From an uncultured Marinoscillum sp. (GTDB lineage Bacteria; Bacteroidota; Bacteroidia; Cytophagales; MED-G16), in contig CAZKLB010000003.1 of NCBI GenBank assembly GCA_964553685.1, positions 62,501 through 126,500 of the forward strand: a stretch of 64,000 bases of DNA, in the 5' to 3' direction. The position numbers and the translations under genes were made by a program. The notes below the pieces were generated by a model. It was not told the origin of the DNA. It saw nothing but the letters and a program-made list of their open reading frames with translations, and did no database searches. Positions 1-14,882 of the stretch are shown here, one piece after another; the first letter of the stretch is position 1; each line of letters opens with the position of its first letter.

Positions 1-536
1 TTTCCTTTGGATCTCCTCTAGATGTTTTTGGAAATAGAGTAAATAAAAAAGGAGTTAAAATTGAAGATAATAATTTGTCATTTTCGCAAAATAATAAGTC
101 GGAAATCTTAAATAAACTTTCAGATAAAATTGTTGAAGAGTTAATGTGTGGAACAGTTGTTTTTCCTAGTTTATTGATGGCTTTTGTAGCATTTGAAATA
201 ATTCAGAAAAGATTTATAAAAATGGATATTAATTCCTTATTATATCTGCCCGAAGACGAATTATGTATAAAAATTGATTATTTCAAAAAATATTATAAAA
301 AGGCAAATGATTATATCAGAGAAATTTCTAAAAATAAAAAAATAAAAAGATCACCAGACCTTGCATTACCTATTGAAAAGCAAATTAAAATTGGATGTAA
401 AAGTTTAGGACTATACCATGCAGTAAAACCACTTCAATTGAATCAAAACCAATTAATCATCAAGAACTTTAAAATGCTTTACTATTACAGGAATAGATTG
501 GAGGGTTACGGAATTAAAAAGGAAATATTACTTTAA
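1..536 (+). CDS. 3' part of a gene entering from the left edge; tentatively the C-terminal region of a PlsB/GPAT-like acyltransferase
   Basis: Frame 3 is open from base 3 to the stop at 534-536, so the ORF-track TTG start at 75 is probably internal. The family assignment rests only on weak remembered similarity. Confidence 0.35.
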   Translation, partial: SFGSPLDVFGNRVNKKGVKIEDNNLSFSQNNKSEILNKLSDKIVEELMCGTVVFPSLLMAFVAFEIIQKRFIKMDINSLLYLPEDELCIKIDYFKKYYKKANDYIREISKNKKIKRSPDLALPIEKQIKIGCKSLGLYHAVKPLQLNQNQLIIKNFKMLYYYRNRLEGYGIKKEILL

Positions 537-1769
537 GTTATTAATAGAATTTAATCGCTTGGATAAAGATGGATGTGAATAATTAATAAATTCATAGAGA
601 GGATGAGGAGTTAAATTTGTAAGATTATCCTTAGATAATCTCTTTAATGCAGTTATAAGTGGTTTCTTTTTATATGATCTTACAGCAAAGTCATCAGCTT
701 CATATTCATTTTTTCTACTTTTAATATTTAATAGAATACCAAGAATAGTATTAATTGGTGAGTAGATTATAAAAAATGCAAAAATTTCTAGATGTCTAAA
801 AGATATATTTCCTCCAAGAGCGTAACTTATTTCACTATTAAATAAAAACTTGGACATAATATATAACATAATACCTGTAGTAATTATTGAAATAATCATA
901 TTTGAGATGATATGTTTTAATTTATAATGACCTATTTCATGTGCAAGAACTGCAACAAGTTCATCAACCGAGTGATTTTTAATTAATGTATCATAAAGAA
1001 CTATCTTTTTATTTTTACCAAAACCAGAAAAATAAGCATTTGCCTTACTTGATCTCTTAGAACCATCAATGATAAAAATATTACTAAGAGAAAAATCAAC
1101 TTTTTTTGCAAAAGAATTGAGCTTATCTCTTAAATCACCATTTTCAAGAACCCTAAGTTTATTAAATAAAGGAACAATTAAAGAGGTATAAAACATATTA
1201 ATAAAAACAACAAATAATGAGACTACTATCCAAAAATATATCCAAAAATCAGATGGATATAACATTATAAAAATGAGAAGGGGTACTAATAGAATTAAAC
1301 CAAAAATAATTGTAATAATATAACTTTTAAATTTATCTAAAATAAAAGTCCATAGACTCATTTTATTAAATCCAAAATTTTCCTCAATTATAAAAACTCT
1401 ATATAACTGGAGTGGTAATGTTAATATATCATTGATAATAAAAATAGATCCAAAGAATAGTAACGAAAGAGTAATCTCATTTTCAGGAGAAACAGTTCTT
1501 AAAAAGGAGTCTAAATCACCAAGAAGTCCATAATTTAAAATTAATATCATTAAAACAAAACCCAATGATGATGAGAAAAGATTAAATCTAAAATTTTCCT
1601 TTTTGTACAGTTGTGACTTTTTATATTCTTTTTCGTCATAAATATCAGATACATTCTCTGGAAGCTTTTTATCAAAATCTAAATAATTAAGCACACCAGA
1701 AATTAAATCAATTAAGAAGCTAATTGTAACTACAACTATCATCAAGGTTAATATCATATCTGCATTCAT
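528..1769 (-). CDS. M48 family zinc metallopeptidase (Ste24/CAAX-protease-like)
   Basis: Multi-TM N-terminal half followed by the HEXXH motif (LAHEIGHYKLKH) and a Ste24-like C-terminus. Confidence 0.85.
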   Translation of the reverse strand: MNADMILTLMIVVVTISFLIDLISGVLNYLDFDKKLPENVSDIYDEKEYKKSQLYKKENFRFNLFSSSLGFVLMILILNYGLLGDLDSFLRTVSPENEITLSLLFFGSIFIINDILTLPLQLYRVFIIEENFGFNKMSLWTFILDKFKSYIITIIFGLILLVPLLIFIMLYPSDFWIYFWIVVSLFVVFINMFYTSLIVPLFNKLRVLENGDLRDKLNSFAKKVDFSLSNIFIIDGSKRSSKANAYFSGFGKNKKIVLYDTLIKNHSVDELVAVLAHEIGHYKLKHIISNMIISIITTGIMLYIMSKFLFNSEISYALGGNISFRHLEIFAFFIIYSPINTILGILLNIKSRKNEYEADDFAVRSYKKKPLITALKRLSKDNLTNLTPHPLYEFINYSHPSLSKRLNSINNLK

Positions 1770-1782
1770 ATTATAAAATTAA

Positions 1783-2757
1783 TTAAAAATTAGGGACAGG
1801 GCATTCTAAATATCTTGCATTTTTTGGAGGGATATTTTTTCCAAAAAAATGAAATAAAAAAATTAAAGATATCTCGTGTGATCCCCCAGAATAACCTAAA
1901 AGTTCAGAGACATTATAATCATAACTATATGAAATATTCATTTTTTTTATTTTCAAACTTAAGGATCCAATAATGGATTCAAAAGAATTATTTTTTTGAA
2001 CAGGAACCCCTCTATACCACAGACCTATTGATAATGGATCAAAATTGAAATAAGATCCAATATCTAATTGAGAGAAAGAACCTACCTTTCTAAAATTAAA
2101 AGATGGTGCAATACCAATGTTTTTTAAACTATATCCGGCATGAAAAGAATATACTCTTTCTAAATTTAAATTATCAGAAGAGTATGAAATATTTGGTTCT
2201 AAAATATTATGTATTGATGCACCAATCCATAGACTTTCTGAATACATTAATAAACCCATTGCTAGATTTAAATAATTTTTATTTTTAAAATCAGATAAAT
2301 TTTCAGAGGTTGAATTTACTACTCCATTTACGCCGAGCTGATCATAAAAAATAAGATTTTCTGTATTAAAATTTGAATTAGTAAATGATGCTTGTAATCC
2401 AGATTTCAATATGAGCTTATATCCTAAATTAATTTCATATGAGAAGGAGGGAGAAATATGAGATGTGGAAAGTTTAGAAAAATTATCAATTTCATTGGAC
2501 AAATTAAGACCTAATGAGAAATTACTTTTAAAAAAATTATAATCCATCCAAGATGATACAAAATGGTATCCATTATCTATTGTAGGCCATTGATTTCTAT
2601 AAATAAAACCAGCTCTTCCAAATTCACCTAAACCTGTCATAGCTGGATTTAAATTTAGAGGAGATGAATAGTATTGAGTATAGTTTACATACTGAGAATA
2701 TACATTTATATTAAAACATACGAGAATCAGTATTAATTTTAAAAATTTCATATGCAT
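1783..2757 (-). CDS. PorP/SprF family type IX secretion system membrane protein
   Basis: Signal peptide followed by the QYYSSPLNLNPAMTG motif typical of PorP/SprF. The start could be the second Met at 2751. Confidence 0.8.
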   Translation of the reverse strand: MHMKFLKLILILVCFNINVYSQYVNYTQYYSSPLNLNPAMTGLGEFGRAGFIYRNQWPTIDNGYHFVSSWMDYNFFKSNFSLGLNLSNEIDNFSKLSTSHISPSFSYEINLGYKLILKSGLQASFTNSNFNTENLIFYDQLGVNGVVNSTSENLSDFKNKNYLNLAMGLLMYSESLWIGASIHNILEPNISYSSDNLNLERVYSFHAGYSLKNIGIAPSFNFRKVGSFSQLDIGSYFNFDPLSIGLWYRGVPVQKNNSFESIIGSLSLKIKKMNISYSYDYNVSELLGYSGGSHEISLIFLFHFFGKNIPPKNARYLECPVPNF

Positions 2758-2792
2758 ACTAACGAATTATAAGTAAATATGATATAAATCAT

Positions 2793-3929
2793 CTACTTAG
2801 AAAGATTTAGATAATTAATGATTTTACCAATTTTTTTACTTAAATCAAAAAGATTATTCTCTGCATTTTTAAGACAAAAATCTAAATTATTAGAGTCACA
2901 TGATGAAAAAACCAAATCAAAATGATTTAAAAATTTATTTATCTTCCCGTGTTCAACAGATCCACCTATTGCTATTGAAAAGAAATTTTCTTTTTTTAAA
3001 AATTTAGTTAATGATATTGGTGCTTTCCCAAATAATGATTGAGAGTCTAACCTCCCCTCACCAGTAATTAAAATAAATCTTCTTGATAGGAATGACTTAT
3101 AATTAATCTTGTTAAGGATATACTCGGTTCCATTATAAATTTTGGCATTTAAAAATTCTTTCAAAAAAGCAGCAGCACCACCAGCAGCAGCACCACCAAT
3201 AATATCGCTTGTTTTACTTAAAAATTTTTTATCGGTCAATTTTGAGAACTCAAGCATAGATTTTTCAAAAAGATTAAAGTCTTTCTCTTTTAAACCTTTC
3301 TGTTTACCAAAAATTTTAACAGCTCCAAATTTTCCAAGTAGTGAATTTTTAACATCAACCAAAATATGAAAATTGATTTTTTTATCTAAAGTAATAAAAT
3401 TAGATAAATCGAAATTTTTCATTTTTATAATTGGATTCTCATCTAAAATTTCATTAGAATAAATATCAAAAAACTTAACACCTAGGGCTCTTAATATTCC
3501 AGCACCACCATCAATTGTTGCTGAGCCACCTAAACAAATAATAATATTTTTTACGCCCATTTCAATAGCTGATTTAATTTGTTGACCTGTACCAAAAGAA
3601 CTTAATTTTCTATGATTCTTTTTTTTATCATTCATTAGTATCAATCCAGAGGCATTCGAAAATTCGATTATTGCAGTTTTATTGTCTTCAATTGTTATAT
3701 ACTCTGTTGTGATTTTTTCGCCAATTGGATTTAAAAATGTTTTTTTTACTGAATTGTATTTTAAATATAATTTGAAAATATCTAATGAGCCATCACCTCC
3801 ATCTGCAATGGGAAGTTTTTTAATTTTAAAATTTGGATTATAAACTTTTAAACCTTCATAGATTAATTTAGATACTTGAATAGAAGTCAAAGAACCTTTA
3901 AAAGAATTTGGGGAAACAATAATTTCCAT
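2793..3929 (-). CDS. glycerate kinase
   Basis: IVSPNSFKGSL, LPIADGGDGSLD and GGSATIDGGAG motifs of the glycerate kinase family. Confidence 0.85.
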   Translation of the reverse strand: MEIIVSPNSFKGSLTSIQVSKLIYEGLKVYNPNFKIKKLPIADGGDGSLDIFKLYLKYNSVKKTFLNPIGEKITTEYITIEDNKTAIIEFSNASGLILMNDKKKNHRKLSSFGTGQQIKSAIEMGVKNIIICLGGSATIDGGAGILRALGVKFFDIYSNEILDENPIIKMKNFDLSNFITLDKKINFHILVDVKNSLLGKFGAVKIFGKQKGLKEKDFNLFEKSMLEFSKLTDKKFLSKTSDIIGGAAAGGAAAFLKEFLNAKIYNGTEYILNKINYKSFLSRRFILITGEGRLDSQSLFGKAPISLTKFLKKENFFSIAIGGSVEHGKINKFLNHFDLVFSSCDSNNLDFCLKNAENNLFDLSKKIGKIINYLNLSK

Positions 3930-4052
3930 AAAACTAAAAAATTCAATACTACGTATTGAAAACTATTATTTAAAATTTATTATAAATTGATATTGTAATA
4001 ATAAAAAAAAAATTTTCATCTTTGGCAACTCTAAAATTAAACTGAATACGTA

Positions 4053-6395
4053 ATGAGTAACAATCTTGTAATTGTAGAATCACCGGCAAAAGCTAAAACA
4101 ATTGAAAAGTATTTAGGTAAAGAATTTAAAGTATCATCATGCTATGGACATATTAGAGATTTAGCAAAAGATGATAAATCAATCGATAAAGAGAATGGAT
4201 TTAAACCAACTTATGTACCCTCACCTGACAAGAAAAAAGTGATAAAAGAATTAAAAGATTTAAGAAGAAAATCAAAAAAAGTTTTCTTAGCAACTGATAA
4301 TGATAGAGAAGGAGAAGCAATAGCGTGGCACTTAAAAGAAATATTAAACCTAAAAGATGATGAGTACGAAAGAATTATCTTTAGAGAAATTACAAAAAAA
4401 GCAATTCTAGATTCACTAGAAAATCCAACAAAAATTAATATGGACCTTGTTAATGCTCAACAAGCAAGAAGAGTTTTAGATAGGTTGGTAGGTTTTGAAA
4501 TATCACCAATACTTTGGAAAAAAATAAAAAGAGGTCTTTCCGCAGGTAGGGTTCAATCCGTAGCTGTAAAGTTTGTAGTTGACAGAGAAAATGAAATTAA
4601 TAATTTCAAACCGGAATCGTCCTTTAAAACGACAGGAACTTTTAAATCTGAGTCCGGTGAAAATTTTAATGCAGAACTAGATGAGAGGTTTAAATCTATA
4701 GAAGATGCAAAGAAGTTTCTTGAACAATCTTCACAAAAGAAATTTTCTATAAATAGTATTGAAAAAAAACCATCCAAAAGATCTCCTTCTGCTCCGTTTA
4801 CTACCTCAACACTTCAACAAGAAGCTTCTAGAAAGATTGGTTTTTCTCCATCTTTAACCATGTCATCTGCACAAAGATTGTATGAAGCTGGTCATATTAC
4901 ATATATGAGAACGGATTCTGTTAATTTATCTGATGAGGCATTAACTAGTGCAAAGGATATAGTCAGCAAAAACTATGGAGACGAATACCATAAAAAAAGA
5001 ATATTTAAAACTAAAACAAAAAGTGCTCAAGAAGCCCATGAAGCAATTAGGCCTACCAATTTAGAAAATAAAGATGCAGGAAAAACCGATACTGAAAAGA
5101 AGTTATATAATCTAATTTGGAGAAGAACACTCGCATCACAAATGAGCGATGCGATTTTTGAAAGAACCGTAGTTAAAATAGATACAGATATAGACTCAAA
5201 ATTTAGAGCAACCGGAGAAGTTCTAACATTTGATGGTTTTTTAAAGCTTTATGATGAGTTAACAGATAAATCTAAATTACTTCCAAAACTACTTGAGAAA
5301 TCTAGTATTGAAACTATAAAAATTCTATCCAAAGAAGTTTTTACTAAACATCCTCCTAGATTTTCTGAGGCAAGTCTAATTAAAAAAATGGAGGACTCAG
5401 GAATAGGTCGTCCTTCAACATTTGCTGAAACTGTTAGGAAAATTAAGGAAAGAGAGTATGTAGTAAAAGAAGAAAGAGAAGGTAAAATAATTGATAGTGA
5501 GGAACTAATACTCGAAAATAAAAATTTATCATCAGAAGTTGTTAAAGAAAGAACTGGTTTTGAAAAAAATAAAATTTATCCGACAAACATGGGCATGTTT
5601 GTGACTGAGTTTTTAAATGAAAATTTTATAAACAGTTTTATGGACTATTCTTTTACTGCAAAGACCGAAAATCAGTTAGATCAAATAGCATTTAATGGTA
5701 AAAATTGGAATGATATGCTAAAAGAATTTTATAAAGGATTTTCTGATCTATCAAATAAAGTTCCTGAGGAAAGATTCCAACTAGAAAGAGAATTAGGAGA
5801 ATATAAAGGAAAAGTGATGAAAGCTAGAATAGCTAAATTTGGTCCCGTTATTCAAATTGGAGAAAAAGAAGACACTGATGCTGGTTTTCCTAAGTATTGT
5901 AATATACCATATGATAAACTTATTAATCACATCTCAATAGATGAAGCAATAACTATAATCAATAAAAAAGATGAAGATGACAAATTAGTAAGTGTCCAGC
6001 ATAAAGATGGTATTATCGAATTAAAAAATGGTAGATATGGTTTTTATATAAGATATAATGAAAAAAATTATAAAATAAATAAGGAGAAATATCCTGAACC
6101 AAAATCACTATCGAAAGAACAATTAATTGAAATCATAAATAGTCCAATAGAAAAATCAAAAGATATCCTTGCTGAATTTTTTAGTGGAAGTATTCAAATA
6201 AGAACAGGTAAGTATGGAAAACCACCATACATATTAGCAGTTAGAGGAACTGAATATGGAAAAATATTTCAACAAAAAAAGAAAAAACCATTTGTAGGAT
6301 TTCCTAAAGAAATACTTGAAAAATATAAAATGAGCATAGAGAAAATAAGTGAGAGTGAGGTAAAAGAAATTATTGAAAATTTTCTAAATAAATAA
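4053..6395 (+). CDS. topA: DNA topoisomerase I
   Basis: VIVESPAKAKTIEKYLG Toprim N-terminus, DREGEAI, and ITYMRTDS around the active-site Tyr. The C-terminal repeats have no Cys (GRYGFY / GKYG type). Confidence 0.95.
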   Translation: MSNNLVIVESPAKAKTIEKYLGKEFKVSSCYGHIRDLAKDDKSIDKENGFKPTYVPSPDKKKVIKELKDLRRKSKKVFLATDNDREGEAIAWHLKEILNLKDDEYERIIFREITKKAILDSLENPTKINMDLVNAQQARRVLDRLVGFEISPILWKKIKRGLSAGRVQSVAVKFVVDRENEINNFKPESSFKTTGTFKSESGENFNAELDERFKSIEDAKKFLEQSSQKKFSINSIEKKPSKRSPSAPFTTSTLQQEASRKIGFSPSLTMSSAQRLYEAGHITYMRTDSVNLSDEALTSAKDIVSKNYGDEYHKKRIFKTKTKSAQEAHEAIRPTNLENKDAGKTDTEKKLYNLIWRRTLASQMSDAIFERTVVKIDTDIDSKFRATGEVLTFDGFLKLYDELTDKSKLLPKLLEKSSIETIKILSKEVFTKHPPRFSEASLIKKMEDSGIGRPSTFAETVRKIKEREYVVKEEREGKIIDSEELILENKNLSSEVVKERTGFEKNKIYPTNMGMFVTEFLNENFINSFMDYSFTAKTENQLDQIAFNGKNWNDMLKEFYKGFSDLSNKVPEERFQLERELGEYKGKVMKARIAKFGPVIQIGEKEDTDAGFPKYCNIPYDKLINHISIDEAITIINKKDEDDKLVSVQHKDGIIELKNGRYGFYIRYNEKNYKINKEKYPEPKSLSKEQLIEIINSPIEKSKDILAEFFSGSIQIRTGKYGKPPYILAVRGTEYGKIFQQKKKKPFVGFPKEILEKYKMSIEKISESEVKEIIENFLNK

Positions 6396-6409
6396 TCTGA
6401 TAAAAAAAT

Positions 6410-10199
<3,790 letters not shown>

Positions 10200-10304
10200 T
10201 TAATAGCATTTTGAAGGATTAATTAGATTATTTTATTGCAATTAAATTATAATAATTTAGGTTGCACTTTGACATTTAAATATTAATTTTATAAAAAATT
10301 TTAA

Positions 10305-11486
10305 ATGGCTAATATAAGAAATTTTGAACCTGTAGATTTCTATGAAATAGACAGCTTGTTAACAGATGAACAGAAGTTAATTAGAGACTCAATTAGATCT
10401 TTTGTAAGTAAAGAGATATCCCCAAATATAGAAGACTGGTATGAAAGGAATCACTTTCCTATCGATATTGTAAAAAAGATGGGAAATACTGGAATTTTTG
10501 GACCGACAGTATCTGATAAATATGGTGGTGGTGGACTGGATAATATTTCATATGGTTTAATTATGCAAGAACTTGAGAGAGGAGATTCAGGTATGAGGTC
10601 AACAGCATCTGTTCAAAGTTCTCTAGTCATGTATCCCATTGAAGCCTATGGCTCTGAAGAACAAAAACTAAAATATTTACCAAAATTAGCTTCAGGAGAA
10701 ATTTTAGGTTGTTTTGGTTTGACAGAGCCAGACTATGGATCAAATCCTGGTGGGATGGTTTCAAAAATTGAGGATAAAGGTGACCATTATATATTGAATG
10801 GTTCAAAAATGTGGATATCAAATTCACCAGCTGCTGATATTGCTGTGGTGTGGGCAAAAGATGAAAGCAAAAGGATCAAGGGTATGATTGTTGAAAGAGG
10901 AATGGATGGATTATCTACCCCTAAAACTGGAGGGAAATGGTCCCTAAGATCTAGCCTGACAGGTGAGCTAGTTTTTGATAATGTCAAAGTTCCAAAAGAA
11001 AATATTTTTCCAAATAAAGATGGCTTGGGTGCACCTCTTGGATGTTTGGATAAGGCAAGGTATGGAATTTCTTGGGGTGCAATTGGAGTAGCTTTAGACT
11101 GTTATGATGCAGCAAAAAAATATTCGCTTGAAAGACATCAATTTGATAAACCAATTGCCTCATTTCAATTAATACAAAAAAAATTAGCTGAAATGCTAAC
11201 AGAAATTACAAAGGCACAACTTTTATGCTGGAGACTAGGCTCACTAATGGATAAAGGTAAAGTAAGCTCTGCCCAAATTTCATTAGCTAAGAGAAATAAT
11301 GTTGAAATCGCATTGAAAATAGCAAGAGAAGCCAGACAAATCCATGGCGGAATGGGAATAACTAATGATTATCCAATGATGAGACATATGATGAACCTTG
11401 AGTCTGTGATAACCTATGAAGGAACTCACGATATTCACCTACTTATTTTAGGCCATGATATAACTGGTATCCCGGCATTCTCCTAA
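10305..11486 (+). CDS. gcdH: glutaryl-CoA dehydrogenase (acyl-CoA dehydrogenase family)
   Basis: GCFGLTEPDYGSNPGGM and YEGTHDIHLLILGHDITGIPAF are characteristic of the GCDH branch of acyl-CoA dehydrogenases. Confidence 0.8.
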   Translation: MANIRNFEPVDFYEIDSLLTDEQKLIRDSIRSFVSKEISPNIEDWYERNHFPIDIVKKMGNTGIFGPTVSDKYGGGGLDNISYGLIMQELERGDSGMRSTASVQSSLVMYPIEAYGSEEQKLKYLPKLASGEILGCFGLTEPDYGSNPGGMVSKIEDKGDHYILNGSKMWISNSPAADIAVVWAKDESKRIKGMIVERGMDGLSTPKTGGKWSLRSSLTGELVFDNVKVPKENIFPNKDGLGAPLGCLDKARYGISWGAIGVALDCYDAAKKYSLERHQFDKPIASFQLIQKKLAEMLTEITKAQLLCWRLGSLMDKGKVSSAQISLAKRNNVEIALKIAREARQIHGGMGITNDYPMMRHMMNLESVITYEGTHDIHLLILGHDITGIPAFS

Positions 11487-11487
11487 A

Positions 11488-12315
11488 ATGAAATTTTCTG
11501 AGAATTATATCAGTCTTAAACATGGTAATAAAATTTTCATAAGAAGTTGGCTACCAAAGCAAAAGGCTAAAAAGTGTATTTTAGTTATACATGGGCTAGG
11601 TGAACACTCTGGGAGATATGAAGATTTTGGTTTAAACCTTATTAAAAAAAATATTGGGATCTATTCATTTGATCTTCCAGGCCACGGAAAGAGTGATGGT
11701 AAAAAGGGACATATTAAAAAATTTTCTGAATTTTTAAATGCAACAGAGCAATCACTTATTCACATTAGAAGAAATCACTTAGATTGTCCAATTATTTTAT
11801 TTGGACATAGTCTTGGTGGTTTGATAGCTTTAAATTTTTTAATTGATAGAGAAAGTAGAGAGATTGAATCAGCGATTATCTCAAGTCCATGGATTAAATT
11901 AGCAATCGAAGTGCCTAAGTATCTTTTAAATATTCAAAAAGTATTTAAAAATATATTCCCAAGCCTAACACTAAACAATAGAATAAATCCTTCAGACTTA
12001 TCTAAAGATCAGATAATAATAAATAAATATATAAACGATAGACAGGTGCATGATAGAATATCTCTGAAGCTCTATTCAGAAGTTATGGATTCAATTAAAG
12101 TGGTAAAGGAAAAATCAAATAAAATTAAAATCAAAACTCTTATTTACCATGGTAAAAATGATAGGTTAATTTCTTATCTTGGAAGTGATGAGATAAGTAA
12201 AAAAATCAGCAATACAGAGTTTTATTTACTCAATAATGTATTTCATGAACCTCATAATGATATTGAAAAAGATTTAGTTTTTAATAAAATTTATAAATTT
12301 CTTGAAATCAAATAA
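11488..12315 (+). CDS. alpha/beta hydrolase (lysophospholipase / monoacylglycerol lipase-like)
   Basis: HGLGEHSGRY and the nucleophile elbow GHSLGG, with a C-terminal His in the FHEPHND context. Confidence 0.8.
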   Translation: MKFSENYISLKHGNKIFIRSWLPKQKAKKCILVIHGLGEHSGRYEDFGLNLIKKNIGIYSFDLPGHGKSDGKKGHIKKFSEFLNATEQSLIHIRRNHLDCPIILFGHSLGGLIALNFLIDRESREIESAIISSPWIKLAIEVPKYLLNIQKVFKNIFPSLTLNNRINPSDLSKDQIIINKYINDRQVHDRISLKLYSEVMDSIKVVKEKSNKIKIKTLIYHGKNDRLISYLGSDEISKKISNTEFYLLNNVFHEPHNDIEKDLVFNKIYKFLEIK

Positions 12316-12342
12316 TTTTATATCTTTAATAAAAAAACTATT

Positions 12343-13038
12343 ATGAATTTGATTAAAGCTATATTGATTATAATGATTACAATGTCATGTAATAATAACT
12401 CACAAAACGTCAAGGACAAAGAATGGGTGTCTCTAACAGATGGCAAAACATTCAATAATTGGCATACATACCTTTCTGATTCTATTATAGGATGGACTAT
12501 TGAAGACGGAGTCTATACATTAAATCCAGGAACTGGATCATCAAATAATGGATTAGTCTCTAATAAAAGCTATACTAATTTTATTTTATCAGTCGAATGG
12601 AAAATTGACAAAAATGGTAATAGTGGAATTTTTTGGGGTGTAAATGAAGACCCAAAATATTCGGTTCCTTATCTAACAGCAGCTGAAATACAAGTCATAG
12701 ACGATGATGTCTATGACAAGAAAGAAATAAAAAACCATTTACATATGAATGGAGCACTCTATGATATGGTTGCGCCATCAGAATTAGCAGCTAATCCTAC
12801 AGGCGAATGGAACAAATATGTTATCGAAATAAATTATAAAAAGAATAAAGGTTCAGTTACACTAAATGATAAAAATGTTTCTCAATTTCCTTTACACGGA
12901 AATGATTGGCAAAATTTAATTAATAATTCAAAATTTAAAGATTGGGAGGGGTTTTCAAAGACAAAATCAGGTCCAATTGCCTTTCAAGATCATGGTACTA
13001 AAGTTTACTATAGAAATATAAAAATAAAAGAATTATGA
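12343..13038 (+). CDS. DUF1080 (3-keto-disaccharide hydrolase-like) domain protein, exported
   Basis: Lipoprotein-like signal (ITMSCNN), W..h....GW...DG pattern, NSGIFW, and the C-terminal FQDHGTKVYYRNIKIKEL typical of DUF1080. Confidence 0.8.
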   Translation: MNLIKAILIIMITMSCNNNSQNVKDKEWVSLTDGKTFNNWHTYLSDSIIGWTIEDGVYTLNPGTGSSNNGLVSNKSYTNFILSVEWKIDKNGNSGIFWGVNEDPKYSVPYLTAAEIQVIDDDVYDKKEIKNHLHMNGALYDMVAPSELAANPTGEWNKYVIEINYKKNKGSVTLNDKNVSQFPLHGNDWQNLINNSKFKDWEGFSKTKSGPIAFQDHGTKVYYRNIKIKEL

Positions 13039-14342
13039 AGTTAAGATTACTAATAATTTCAACCTTAATTTCTATATCTTTTTCAAGTAAAAAAAATTTT
13101 GATATATATCTAGAAAGTGAACTTCCCTATCTAAAAAGATTATACATGGATATTCATCAAAATCCAGAAATCTCTTTGATGGAAAAGGAGACTTCGATAA
13201 AACTTGCAGGTGAATTAAGAAAAATCGGTTTTGATGTATATGAAAATTTTGGGGGTTATGGAGTTGTAGGAGTTCTTAAAAATGGAGAGGGCCCAACCAT
13301 ATTATATAGGACTGACATGGATGCTTTACCAATGGAAGAAAAAACAGGGCTACCCTATGCAAGTAAAATTATAACAAAAAATGTTGATGGAAATGATGTT
13401 GGAACAATGCATTCTTGTGGTCATGATATGCATATGACTGTGTGGACAGGAACAGCAAGAGCACTAGTTGAAAGAAAAAATGAATGGAATGGAACAGTTA
13501 TAATGATAGGTCAACCTGCTGAGGAAATTGGTGCGGGAGCAGCAATGATGTTAAATGAAGGATTATTCGAAAAATTCCCTATTCCTGATTATGGTATTGC
13601 CTTACACTCCTCTGCTACAATTCCAAACGGAAAAGTTGGTTTTGGAAAAGGATACATAATGGCAAATACTGAATCTGTTGATATAAAAGTTTTTGGTCAA
13701 GGTGCGCATGGAGCATCTCCTCATATGTCAATTGATCCGATAGTTACAGCCTCGATAATAATTATGGAACTTCAAACTATAGTAAGCAGAAATATTAACC
13801 CTCTAGATGATGCGGTAATAACTGTAGGTTCAATAAAAGGTGGTACAAAACATAATATTATACCTGATGAGGTAGACTTACAATTAACAATAAGAACTTA
13901 TAAGGATGAGGTTAGAGATCTTATACATAAAAGGATAAAAGAAATATGTGATGGAATAGCTTCATCTATGGGAATTGACAAATCGAGATGGCCAAAAGTT
14001 ACAATTCCTGATAATTATACACCTGCAAATTATAATGACGAGGAATTGGTTGATATAATGAGAAGTGTTTCTAAAAAAGTCATAGGAGAAGATAATGTTG
14101 TTGTCTCTGAACCCCAAATGGTTGGTGAAGATTTTGCAAGGTATGGAAGTACAGATGAAGATATACCAACCGTCATGTATTGGTTAGGAACTGTTCCTGA
14201 TGATAGGATGAAAAAGTATAACTCAGGAAATTATTCACTTCCTGGTCTTCACTCACCATTTTACTATCCTGATATTGAAAACTCAATTATTACGGGTGTT
14301 AAGGTAAGTACTGAATCCTTAATAGAACTTTTCAATAAATGA
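13035..14342 (+). CDS. M20D family amidohydrolase (hippurate hydrolase / aminoacylase-like), exported
   Basis: Signal peptide, MHSCGHDMH metal-binding motif and GQPAEE. The start overlaps the previous stop by 4 nt. Confidence 0.85.
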   Translation: MKLRLLIISTLISISFSSKKNFDIYLESELPYLKRLYMDIHQNPEISLMEKETSIKLAGELRKIGFDVYENFGGYGVVGVLKNGEGPTILYRTDMDALPMEEKTGLPYASKIITKNVDGNDVGTMHSCGHDMHMTVWTGTARALVERKNEWNGTVIMIGQPAEEIGAGAAMMLNEGLFEKFPIPDYGIALHSSATIPNGKVGFGKGYIMANTESVDIKVFGQGAHGASPHMSIDPIVTASIIIMELQTIVSRNINPLDDAVITVGSIKGGTKHNIIPDEVDLQLTIRTYKDEVRDLIHKRIKEICDGIASSMGIDKSRWPKVTIPDNYTPANYNDEELVDIMRSVSKKVIGEDNVVVSEPQMVGEDFARYGSTDEDIPTVMYWLGTVPDDRMKKYNSGNYSLPGLHSPFYYPDIENSIITGVKVSTESLIELFNK

Positions 14343-14796
14343 ATTTTTTTTCAAAGTCTTTGTCTGAAAAAGTATAAAATCTATTAGATCCATTGTTTTT
14401 TATGAATACAACATTTTTTTGAACATTATATACTTCCAAAAGAATTTTATTTAAAATAATTATTGATTTTAATGAATTTTTTGAATCAAAACGATAATTA
14501 ATTTCAACTATATCATTATATAAATTAAACCTCGGATCTAAAAATTTAATTTCATCCTCATCTATTATAATTTTTAATTTACTTTTTAAGTATTGCTCAA
14601 CTAATTGATGATTATTCAAAAGCTTATTTTGAGTATTAATTGAAATTGAATTACTATGGAATATTCTTAATCCATCCTCAAGGTCATCTCGAAAAATTTT
14701 TATTTTTAAAATACCTTCATCTTTATCAGAAATCAACTCAACTGTACTGATGTAAATAGGATGAATTAGAATGAGAAATAAATTAAAAAAATTCAT
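14332..14796 (-). CDS. small exported hypothetical protein (DUF6702-like)
   Basis: Signal peptide followed by HPIYISTVEL...IFRDDLEDGL, a pattern I recall from a Bacteroidota-specific DUF. Confidence 0.5.
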   Translation of the reverse strand: MNFFNLFLILIHPIYISTVELISDKDEGILKIKIFRDDLEDGLRIFHSNSISINTQNKLLNNHQLVEQYLKSKLKIIIDEDEIKFLDPRFNLYNDIVEINYRFDSKNSLKSIIILNKILLEVYNVQKNVVFIKNNGSNRFYTFSDKDFEKKFIY

Positions 14797-14847
14797 ATTT
14801 AATTAATTTAATAATAATGTATCATAATTAATTTTTTATAAGAAAAA

Positions 14848-14855
14848 TATTTTTG
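14848..14855 (+). promoter_or_regulatory. candidate Bacteroidota -7 promoter box TATTTTTG upstream of the GMC oxidoreductase
   Basis: Exact match to TAnnTTTG, 27 nt before ATG 14883. Confidence 0.4.
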
Positions 14856-14882
14856 CTAATATTGATTTTTACTAAACTTAAC

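Noticed and set aside
14853-14882. ORF-track 5' extensions using TTG or upstream starts for the GMC oxidoreductase (14853), rnhA (26012), DUF4290 (29497), the START-like gene (32119) and rpsB (48917)
   Set aside because: The extensions add non-conserved residues. They overlap either candidate -7 promoter boxes or the preceding gene, while downstream ATGs give canonical N-termini.
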